Source of the DNA: Ramazzottius varieornatus
Taxonomy: Eukaryota; Animalia; Tardigrada
NCBI GenBank assembly: GCA_001949185.1
Contig: BDGG01000004.1
Coordinates: 4,621,777-4,685,776, forward strand
Length of the DNA: 64,000 nt
Reading direction: 5' to 3'
The position numbers and the translations under genes were made by a program. Positions 25,901 to 35,900 of the stretch are shown one piece after another. The first letter of the stretch is position 1. The number at the start of each line of letters is the position of its first letter. The notes under the pieces were generated by a model. It searched no databases, was not told the origin of the DNA, and saw only the letters and a list, made by a program, of their open reading frames with translations.

Positions 25901-26942
25901 GTATAACGGGGAGATGGGTCAGTGGAAAGGTTGGCTACTCGATGATGACGGCCATAAACTAGCCGACCAGGTGGGCATTGTCCCCAACGTCTACAGAGCC
26001 GTGGAGGAGGTCCTCAGTTTAAGTCATATCCACAGTGGAGAACTGCATGATAGCCTAGATTCTCATCGACGTAGTGCACGTTTGAGTTTTGGCAAGCTAA
26101 AGAAGAAGAAGGCGTTAAGGAGGGAAATTGCCTCCTTCACGAATGCTTCCTTAGGCAACGATGTGTTCTCGGTAGCACCGGAAGAGCCACTGGTAGCGAC
26201 GTATGAACGAGTGAATAAGGTGGTGTACGAAGAAGCCAGACCGGTGGTGATATTAGGTCCTTTTGGGGAAGAGATTACCGAGAAGTTGTTGAGGCTACAT
26301 CCGGATAGGTATGCACGCTGCATGCCGGCGGCCTTTTCGCACTCCGACGAAGTGATTGAGAAGCGACAGTACTCGCAAATGGTCAGTGGATGGCAGTCGT
26401 TGACGGTGGGGGCCGTCAAGAGTGTGGCCCAGCGAGGTCTCCATCCCTTGCTGGATGTCAGCATATCATCGGTGGAAAAGATGGTCTCCAGCTTTAACCT
26501 GTACCCGATCGTCCTGGTGGTCAAGTTCCGTAATGCGGCAGACATTCGCGATGTGCGCGATAGCAGTGTCGTCCTGACGAGAATTTCGTCCAAAGAGGCC
26601 AAGGAGCTCTTTGAGCTGGCTCTTCGCGTCGAAATGGAACATTTGCAGGTAAAATCCGCTCAAATCGGCAAACGAACTCGACCAGATCGTTTTCTCCAGC
26701 TGCGCGCGCTCTCCAAGGTATTGGCTGGTAGGCCGCGCCACTTGGGAAAACGTTGTGAGTGAGCTCGTTTGCCAAGGTTCCGTTGCATGTTTGACGCAGT
26801 CAGCATTTTTGTTTGGCCGCAGGTGATAACGTCCATCATTCCTGGAGGAAGCAGTCTTTCACACATGGTCACAACGGCTGACCGAGCGATCGAGGCAGCA
26901 CAAACTAAACCCAAGTGGATTTCCGATGGACCAGTTGTTTGA
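19966..26942 (+). CDS. DLG5: Discs large homolog 5-like MAGUK (coiled coil, PDZ, SH3, GK-like); first exon not identified
   Basis: Long coiled-coil exons and HSHDSAIDTD. PDZ domains (GIFVDKVEAGSLA..GDQVQDVNG; GGNVHGIFIHYV..GDQILEYN), SH3 (GDALFVRALWDR..LVFQKGDILFIDNT) and GK-like region (YERV..RPVVILGP). Stop at 26940-26942. Confidence 0.88.
20311..20410. repeat. Family A intronic palindromic element (DLG5)
   Basis: AGATCGTTTTTCCAAGTGGCGC...TGCGCCACTTGGGAAAA..GGTCGA. Confidence 0.85.
21438..21484. repeat. Short tandem repeat, about 3 x 15 bp (CTTTTCTATGTGTAC), in a DLG5 intron
   Basis: Three near-identical units visible directly. Confidence 0.6.
21969..22088. repeat. Family A intronic palindromic element (DLG5)
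   Basis: ACCAGATCGTTTTCCCAAGTGGCGCA...GCCACTTGGGAATACGATTTGGTCGAG. Confidence 0.85.
22589..22714. repeat. Family A intronic palindromic element (DLG5)
   Basis: TGGAAGCTT..AACTCGACAAG..AAGTGGCGCA...TGCGCCAC..AATCTTG..GAGCTCCC. Confidence 0.8.
24462..24572. repeat. Family A intronic palindromic element (DLG5)
   Basis: GATCGTTTTCCGTGTGGCGCAC...GTGCGCCACTTAGG. Confidence 0.8.
25161..25272. repeat. Family A intronic palindromic element (DLG5)
   Basis: GGCAAACAAATTCAACAAGATCG..CAAGTGGCGCAC...GTGCGCTACTTGGGAAAACAATCT..GAGTCTGTTTGCC. Confidence 0.85.
26664..26778. repeat. Family A intronic palindromic element (DLG5 last intron)
   Basis: GGCAAACGAACTCGACCAGATCGTTTTC...GCGCCACTTGGGAAAACG..GAGCTCGTTTGCC. 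Confidence 0.85.
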
Positions 26943-27482
26943 TACTTTGTTGGCGGCAGCTACGTAGATTAATTTCTGTGGTCTTTTTTATGCAGCTCTT
27001 CTTGTTTCAATTTTTTTTATGATTACTATTTTTGGACCAATAACATATCTCTCAGAGTTTTATCTTTGTGCAAAAGACGTCTTTGCTGTTATCAGGGCTT
27101 TTTCAAGTGTCGACGCCTTACTTGTTTTTATACGGGTGATACGACCACTGAGTGCACTTCTGGAACGGTCACCACCTTTTCCGGGAACTGCTTTTTGGTT
27201 TCTGTTTTAAGAGTCGTCTGAGTCAGCTTTTATCTGCCATCAAAACGATCCTTAGTGGGTGCGACCGTGGATCCTTGAGTTTGTTTACGATCGAAGAACT
27301 TGATGGGCAAATTTGCGGCAGGTTTGACTGTCCAGAGATACGTACAGTATATGAAGCACGGTGGAAGTTCACAAAACTACGGCGTGAAGCAGATTTCAAT
27401 TTTGTGACCTTTTTGGTTTCGAAGAACCACCAATAATAATTCTCTTCTAATAATTATTATTCTCTTTCTTTTCGAGATAGCT

Positions 27483-27833
27483 ATGGGCGCTCGCTGGTAT
27501 GTTTGCTTCGCGACACTCTTCATTGTGGGATCGCTGCTTCTAATGGTCCAAGAGCTTCCTTCCGCCAACGGCAAAGCTTTGTCTCGTGTTAAAAGAGGAT
27601 GGCTGTACAACATCGTGGCCAAAGGCTGCAAGACGGCCGGCGAGTGGACGGGATGGGCCTGCGACGACCCTGTTTCACGTAGAATCTGGCAGGAGATGAA
27701 GAACTGTCGCGGCTGTAACTGCGACCAGTTCTGCAAGAAAGCCGGAAAGAGCAGAGGTCGCTGCGTTCAGAAGGGAAACTATGATCATTCCACCTGGTGT
27801 CCCAACAAGGGAGAAGCTTGCTATTGCAACTGA
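27483..27833 (+). CDS. Secreted cysteine-rich antimicrobial-peptide-like precursor (macin / CS-alpha-beta defensin-like), intronless
   Basis: Signal peptide, short propiece ending in furin-type RVKR, and a cationic mature peptide with 10 Cys including CDQFC..G...GRC....CP....CYC. Confidence 0.75.
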   Translation: MGARWYVCFATLFIVGSLLLMVQELPSANGKALSRVKRGWLYNIVAKGCKTAGEWTGWACDDPVSRRIWQEMKNCRGCNCDQFCKKAGKSRGRCVQKGNYDHSTWCPNKGEACYCN

Positions 27834-28342
27834 GTCCGTTCTGACATTTTACTGCCTTCTTACCCAGAACCTCAACATTTTTACCTTCTTTTTCGCACGG
27901 GTGTTACTTTACATGATGGGCAATATTCTTGACGTTCTTTCAGCTTCTGCTGGTATCCGGCATACCCTTTAAATATTAAACCTGCTACATGCAGCGAGAT
28001 CTAAGCACTTGCCAACTTCCGACAGTAAATGCCAATCGAGAACATGTAATGATATCGTGGACTCGGAAAAGACCACCGGCGGTTGCGAATGATACCGTTC
28101 TTCGCTTGACCACAGGGCAGACGGGTGCAGAATTTAAGATTGGAGGGCTTAACCAGTCAGTTGATTTGAATTATTTGATTAACTTCCGGTCTACAAAATT
28201 TTTGGATTTCGATTTTTTGATTCTCTCGTAAGCCTCGTTTCGTGTTCGTTTCCACCAAAGTTCCATGTTTTGAAAGCCCATCTGTGGAGACTGAGCCGTC
28301 AGTAGTTGTCTACCTCTCGGAGCCTTCGCCAGATCCAGAAGA

Positions 28343-29562
28343 ATGCTACAAAGCAAGGCAAGCATGGGAGAGAAGGAGCTGCAGAAGAGCTTACAGGACG
28401 CGACGGAACAGTTCCAAAAGCTGCAGAAAGGTAAGCTGGAAAATTACAGTAGTTTACTTCTCCTGTCCCCGTTCTTCGTGGTCGATCCTATAACTTCATG
28501 CACATGTGTTTCATGTATCAGATTTGACCAAGTCGGCCAAAGCTCACCACCAACTGGACACACAGTTCACCGAAAATACATCTGTTAAAGAGGTCTGTTC
28601 ATGATGGTATTGCCTTTTCATGACGTTGTACTAGCCTTAAATCTTTCGCTTCGTTACAGGAATTAGCTTTGCTAGAACCCACAGCAAAGGTTTTTAAGCA
28701 AGTTGGCCCGGTCCTAGTACCTCAGGAGCTGGAAGAAGCCAGAAGTAATGTACAGAAGCGGTTGGACTGGATTACATCCGAAACGTAAATTTATTTATCC
28801 ATCCTATGAAGTCGCGCATACGTACGATCTAAGTGGCGCACGCAGTCAGCCGATGAAACGGAACCGTGCGCCACTTGCAAAACCATCTCGTCGAGAGTAT
28901 TTAACAAGGTCTCAGTTACCGGCTATACCGTTATGGTATGGGACAGCTGGGCACTAAGCTCATCTTACGAGGGACCATTCAGACCGTTTCACTCGCCGAT
29001 CACGAAACCAATGCTTTTTCGTGGCAGCTGAGGCTCAAAAAAAGTGTTGGGAAGAAATGCGAATGACCGCTTCCTGAAGCCGGCGAAAATCCCGAAGGTG
29101 CGTCGTCCGCCATAGACCGAGTGTTATAGCCTGTGTAGCGTTACACAAGAGAACCCGAAAACTGCTCGGTTATTTCAGAAAACTGTAGATTTGTCTTGTG
29201 TAACGCCATACAGGCTATAACACTGGTTCTACGGTGGACGAGGCACCTGTGGGATTTTCTTCAGCTCCGGGAAGTGGTCATTCGCTTTTCTTCCAGACAC
29301 TTTTTAGAGCCTCAGCTGTCACAAAAAAGCATTGGTTTTGTGATTGGCGAGTGACATGGTCTGAATGGTCCCTCGTTAATATCTTACCATCAAGCCTCAC
29401 TTGTCGGTGTTGAAGTGCCATGTTCGTTACAGGAAAAGAATAGATGGAGTTATCAAGGAGCAGGAAGCCGGTTTGAAGAAGCAGGGCGAAATCCTCCAGA
29501 AGCTCCACGCTACCCATCAGTCAGTTCAGTCCGTATCCGCCGGTGGTGACAACCGGAAATAA
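28343..29562 (+). CDS. PFDN6: Prefoldin subunit 6
   Basis: ELQKSLQDATEQFQKLQK/DL..QLDTQFTENTSVKE/ELALLEPTAKVFKQVGPVLVPQELEEARSNVQKRLDWITSE/KRIDGVIKEQE. Confidence 0.92.
28823..28900. repeat. Family A intronic palindromic element (PFDN6)
   Basis: AAGTGGCGCACG...CGTGCGCCACTTG..ATCTCGTCGAG. Confidence 0.8.
28968..29375. mobile_element. Foldback (long inverted repeat) element of about 410 bp with mariner-like CGAGGG termini, in a PFDN6 intron
   Basis: Arms of about 180 bp: CGAGGGACCATTCAGACC...GTGTTATAGCCTGT..GCGTTACACAAGA pairs with TCTTGTGTAACGC..ACAGGCTATAACAC...GGTCTGAATGGTCCCTCG. Preceded by TA. Confidence 0.85.
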
Positions 29563-29941
29563 ATATGCTGTTTCTAGACCGTACGATAAAACTCTGTATT
29601 CACCAAAATTTTACCCGTTCACGTTTCCGTTTTTTTTATTTAATAAGAGTACGAGTACAATGGACAAGTATTGCAAAAAGGCTTTGGTATTGTTCGTCTG
29701 AAAGAGCAGATCTTGTAAACAAGAGACTATCCGTGTTAGAGGACAAATTAAGACCAATAAGATTTCTTTAAACTCTGATCGGCTAAAGGGGTAAGATAAG
29801 ACAACCGTTCTGTAAAAACCAAAAGATAAGGCTGGATTCCACGCCGTGGAACCAGGTCGAAACCATCAACGAAAAATCTAAAAGAAAAACAAAAGAAGGC
29901 ATGGGATTTTATCCACTTCTAAAGAACGAAGTAGGTACAAA

Positions 29942-32900
29942 TTACAGCCAGACAACTTCATCTTTCTTCGCGGCACTAAACTGGTGGCGTCGCGGTAATT
30001 GCGAAGAGCGCCGCCGACGCCAAGCATCAGGTAAGACACTGATGTCTTCCTGGCTGGAGTGACTTCCTTCCTGACTAGTCTGATGCGATAACCGTAGACT
30101 CGCCAGGTCCATTGTCCGTTTTTCCCTGGAAAAAAAGGGAACACACTCCTCAGGCGAACAATATGGATCAAGTCATGGGTTGTATAACATACTTTTCTTT
30201 TCTGAGGGACTGAATTTCGTTAGCCAGCCGCACTTCCTCCTCGTCAACGTCCGGTATGGTCTCCGGGACATTGGGTGAACCAATGCGGGAGTTGGTGGCC
30301 CCAGGAAAGACTTTGGAGGAGCGAATGACGGATAAGCGCGTGTTGACCGACATGGCCGCCGAATCAATCTGCCCAATGTCTTCCAGAGTGGACTGCAGCT
30401 TTTGCAGTTGAGCATCAATGACAATCTGTATACACCTTCAAAGACAACATTCGTTCATAAGTCGGGTTGGGCTGCTTTGGGTCAGAAGGAAAGCCTTACT
30501 TGATCTGTTTTTTGTAATCGTCCGAGACTTCAAAAGACTTGAGGTCTCTATCGGGTCGGAACAGGACCGGCGCAAAAACGATGGCCAAATTCTCCGAATT
30601 CATCATGTTAACATCAGCGTGTTGAGCAACTCTGCAACGCAAACATTACGTCAGTTTCACATTGGGAAGTATGGCCAAAGTAACGTACCTGGCAAGATGG
30701 AAGAACAGTCGTTCTAGGAGATCGTGATTGTGCTTCGGCATTTTACGGATGGCGCCGTATACGTGCTGTAGTTGTTCCTCATCGTTGTCCATATCTACGA
30801 AGCAGACGTCGTTGTAATTAAAAGGGTTGGAACGCGAGTACTGCTTGGAGAAGATACTGACCCATGATGTCCATCAGTTCATCATAGCGTTCGAACGTCA
30901 TCAGCGGTTCAGGCATCTCCCGCAGTAAGGCCTTGAAGGTGGAGGCAACCAAGTGGATACCCGAGTCATGGTACTGGTCCCACTCAATCTTCTCATACCC
31001 GTCCTCGATGGCCGCTCTCAGTGCCCGCATACCGGGTATGCCGCCCGACTTGCGGTAGATCCACTCGGTGTAGACACCTTGTAGTTCGATGCAAGTGATC
31101 AGCCGGTCAGCAATGGCCGGGATCTTCTCGCCAGCCATTAGCAGACAGTCCAGTGGGACGGTGAAGACCCGACCCGATGGTTGACTAGGTTGTAGGGTGG
31201 CGCCTGGGGAAGTCTTCTTGATCTTGCGCTTGCCATTGCAATTGTTCTCAATCTTCTGGTAGCACTTCTTGTGACAGGTAGTCTTGCACAACTGGCAGAC
31301 CAGACCCTTCTCCATGGGCCACAGGAAGGAGGAACACACTTCGCAGGCTGTGGGCAGGTTGAAGATGTTGACGGAGACCAGCTGGTGGCCGTTTTTGTTC
31401 AGGACGCTCTGCTCCACCTTCCGCTTCCGACTCAACGTCTACGAAGAAGAAACAGTAAGGCGAGATCTCGATTTCCTGGTTGCTCTGCATAAAGTGCGTC
31501 AAAAGACTTGTGGTCCAATGGAAGCAACACAGAAATCATAACCCAGTTCAACTGGCGCACCAATAAGAACATATATAGCGACTCTGTGCGCGAGTGTACT
31601 GGGAAACTTTAATCGATACTTCCTCTGTCACTACGCGCATCAGCACAAGTTGAAGGCGCGAGACCGTGCACGAGTTGCAAAAAACATATCACGGTAAAAC
31701 CTTTCCAAGTTCGCGCACAAAAAGGACCGAAGAAACGTGCAGATACGCGATATAAAACAGGCGTGAACACAAGTCGACTTACGCGGTATTTCGTGGTTTC
31801 TTCTCGCATACGCGTCTGCTGTCTCTGCATGAACTCGTTCATGAAAGAGCGGAAGGCGTTGATGGCCATATTGACGGGGAAGCCTTCAGCGTCGTTCTGG
31901 GCCAAAGCAGCCGTGGTGTAGGGTGGCGACCTGGACTGGATGATCTTGTAGCAGGCCACCCTGATAGTCTTCTCGAAGTTGACTATCAAGTCGCGGTACC
32001 GAATACACAGCCGCACATCCTTGACCGCCACACTATAAGTGCTAATCAGGTTATTGCGAAACTCTTTCAAACCCTGCTGGAAGATCTGGTCGGCCCTGGT
32101 GGCGTTCTTGCCCTTCATACTGGAGCCCATCTGCAGGATCTTGTCGAAAATGAAGGTTTCCAGATCGCGCAGCTCTTCGGCCGACGAGACGACACGGTCC
32201 TCGCTGTCGGTAAACTCGGTGATACTACGGCAGTTCCACGAGGGTTCTTTGGAAGTATCCAGCTTGGGCTTGGTATCCGACACGAAACTTTCCGTGGCAG
32301 CTGCACCCGGGCGTCGCTTTAGGCGGTTCTTGGAGAAGGTACGCGTCAGTGCGGGGATAATGGAGGTTGTTTCACTGGTGGGTGATTTGGTGGCGCTGGC
32401 CGACTTGGCTCTTTTACTGGTCGCAGACGACTTCAACGTCAGCTTCTTCACTGGCAAATCACTGGGACGAGTAAGTGCGCCACCTACGAAACGACCAGTC
32501 TGAAACGTTGACTAAAGTTTGAGACCCGAGCAAACATACTCGAGAGTACTGTTTTTCCAAGTGGCGCAGACTTCCGACCAATACAGCTAGAAGAGTGCGC
32601 CACTTGAGGAAAAGATCTGGTCGCGCTTCTTCATCGAGCTCTGGTTCTACAGTTTCAGTATGCTACCTTGTGAGACTTTGAAGGGCGTTGAGCCAGCACC
32701 CACCCTTCGCATAGAAGGTGTGCTAGGCTGTTCTTCATCGTTCTCGATCAGCTCGGGAGACAACCTCAAAGATTCGGTATCGTCGGACTTTTTCTTGGTG
32801 GCCACCTTCTTGCCCAGCCAGCTCTTGAAGGCACCCATCTTGCCGGCCTTGCCTTGCTGGACAGACTCGGGAGTGGAGAAGTGCTCGCGCTTGGGCAAGG

Positions 32901-35900
32901 TGTCGCGGCGAGTGGTACGATGGTGCGCGGGTGGCTGCCGTGGCGGACTGGGTCGAATGTGAGGCTGCAACTCGGCTTCTTGGACCACGTCGACCGCCTT
33001 CTCATTATATACATCCACACCTGCAGCAAAAAGACATGACACTCTGCTCTCAACTTTCCCACTTTCTATCTGTTGCTCAATTCTGGCATGTTTGCCTTAT
33101 TTAATAATGGGAGTTCGGAAAACAAGATGGTTTTTCCAAGTGGCGCACGCGCTTGGTCAATACACTGAACGCGTGGGCCACTTACAGAACGATCTTGTCT
33201 AGCTTGTTTTCCGAACTCCCATTTTTATCTGTCTTTATAGAAAGCTTATCAGACAGGCTTGAGCTAATTCGATTGAAGAGCTAATGGTGATTTCCCAAAC
33301 CTCGTTCTTGTTCGATCTTGTCCGGCGTGGTGGGAGACGGTAGCGTTGGCTCGATGGCTGAGTATCGCCGCCAAGGTTTGGGTTCGACGCGTGGTGTGGC
33401 AAGACTGGGATAAAAAGTGTGCGTATCTTTCCTGCTAGTCGTCGGTGCCTGGTACGATTCGGGTTCCGAGTCGTCCAGGATACCGCTGCTTTCTTCCTCC
33501 GAGTCACGACGCGGACGTTCCGCCGCCGTGTACGACTCCCTGCGCAGCGGTGTTCGAATGATGAGCTTACCATGCGAGCGCGGGATGGAAATGTCCTCGG
33601 TGCTGATGGTCTTGTTCAGCTGTACACCCTCGTCGCTAAAGTGCGAGTTCCAGTCTGAGGAGAATGAGCTGAAGGGTGTCGAGTGACCTGTGGTGCTGCG
33701 TCCCACCGGGCTGATGGCCACTGGTCGCCCTTCCGTCTCCTCGTCTTCTTCCTCCTCTTCGGCGATTGTCGGCCGCTTCTCAAGGGTGCGTACGAAACGT
33801 CGAGCACTGCAATCACAAAATTTTGGTCAATCTTCCCATATAACAATTTTGTATGAGTATAAGGAAGCTTGGCAAAGAACCTCGACAAGATTGTTTCTTA
33901 AGTGGCGCATGTTTCCTCATTAACAACCGACAGCGTGCGTTACTTGGACAAGGGATCCTATCGAGTCTGCCTAGGTTTTGTTCTGTAGTGCACCATTACA
34001 GTGTATGACAAAATAAACCGTTAAAAATGGGTGTATGGAGCCAGATGGCTAAAGCCAATGAAATTTGCGCATGCAACAAAACCTAATTCTCATTGGCTGA
34101 GACGTAAGTAAGCTCAGCTGGAGTGTTACGCCCATTTTTAACGGTTAATTTTGTCGTACACGGTGTATGCATAGTGTATCATACGTACTTGCGCCGAGTT
34201 TGCGTGGAGCGCCACCATCGCTGAATGATCAGGGTGGCCACTCGTCTGCGTCGGTAGTCGTTCCTTGCCACATAACCGCGCCAATGGCGTTGAATAGCCA
34301 AGGCTGACTTTTCCTTCAGTTGTTTATTGGAGGTGCGCCACCAGCGTTGGATCTTTACAATGTTGCGCAAGACGTACTTGTGCAGCAGATCGTCCAGCTT
34401 TTGCTTCTCCAGCTCGCGCAGGTAAATCTTCCTTCGCCCAATCTGAAAGTTCTCTTCGTCCAGGCCCCAGCGTAACAAGCACTGCCGGACATCCTCCATC
34501 GTCCCGATGAACTTGTCCGGTAGAAGCGCGTGATAATGCGATTCAAACTCCTTGTAGGACAGACGAATGTGGTAACCGGAACGCCGTATCCTAACCGTTT
34601 CTAACATGCCGGAGTAGCGTAGTTGCCGCAGGACCGTTTCTTGGTCGAACAACCCGGGCGTCTTGGAGTTGTTGGACTTGATGCTGTTGAAATCAGAAAA
34701 CGGTTAGAGAACGAACTCTCCAGTTATTTAACTATGTTTCTGCAGATTTGGTCTAATGGATTTCCGATTTGGAACTGGGTAAACGAACTCCCCGAAATCG
34801 TTGTTTCAACTCGCGCACATTCCGTTGGTTCAGGCTGGAAATGTGCCCGACTTGATAAAGCGACCTTGTGGAGTTTGTCCGCCAAGCTTCCATTCAGAAA
34901 AATCTGCCGGAAGGGATCTCAAATGGAACAAAATAAATGTCAGTGCCAAGTTTACCAGCGAATGAAGTACGGATCAGCCTTGTTCAGGGCTTCCATGAGC
35001 TTGGTCAGACTTTGTTGGAACTGTCCGGTCACCGTCTGGTGGGTAACTCCGCGCCGTGCTTTCGGGGCATGGGTGGGCAGGTCGTTGGTTCTGTGTCCAC
35101 GAGAGCTGGCTTGTGGGCTAAAGTTGCGCTTGACACCCACCGGCAGGCCCTTCTTGTCAATGGGCCCTGTTAACGAGCCCCGTTGCCGTCGAACCTCGTC
35201 TTCCAGAGTGGATGTTCGAGGAGGACTAGCAGTCAGAGGCTGTTCAACACTGAAGGACTGACGGCGGCGGGTCTTTCGTGTGAAGGCCAAGACGGTCATC
35301 ACCGTTAGCTTTAGCATTCGCCAACGAGCCATCGCGGTCGGACTTTCCGCCACCATTTCGCGCAGGAAGCCCGACACGCTTGTCTTCAGGAGAAGCACCA
35401 AGTCGGCTGCGCGGTTGGCGTCACTATTCTTCTCCCGAAAATTCTGTCAAAAAAAAGCTACCATTACATCAGATCCTCGCCGTTAAACCGAGACAGAAGA
35501 AGGCTTGCAGATTACTTAGGCACTTGGCAAACAAACTCGACAACATTGTATTACCAAGTGGCGGACTTTTCAATGCTATTGGCCGGAAGGGTGCGCCGGT
35601 TGCAAAAACAGTTTTATCGAGTTTTGTTAGCCGAAACCGTTTGGCTCACCTTGACGTCGTACTTGACGGTTCCAGCGTAATGGTGGACGATAAAAGCGTT
35701 TTCGCGCTTTTGAGGCGAATCAAAGTATTCGTTGTTGACTTGGTGGCGTCGGTACTTTTCCAGGAGAGTTTCATTGGTGGCACCGGGGAAGCTGCATTCT
35801 TCGTTGAGAAGAGGCAGTAGGCCATAGGGCTTCTGTTGGATAAGGTCGAGACAGGGCGTATTGTCCGTGTAGGCAATGGGCTTCCAGTCGATCCCCTCGC

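Noticed and set aside
32039-35820. Long plus-strand ORFs antisense to myosin IX
   Set aside because: Shadow ORFs of codon-biased coding exons on the opposite strand.
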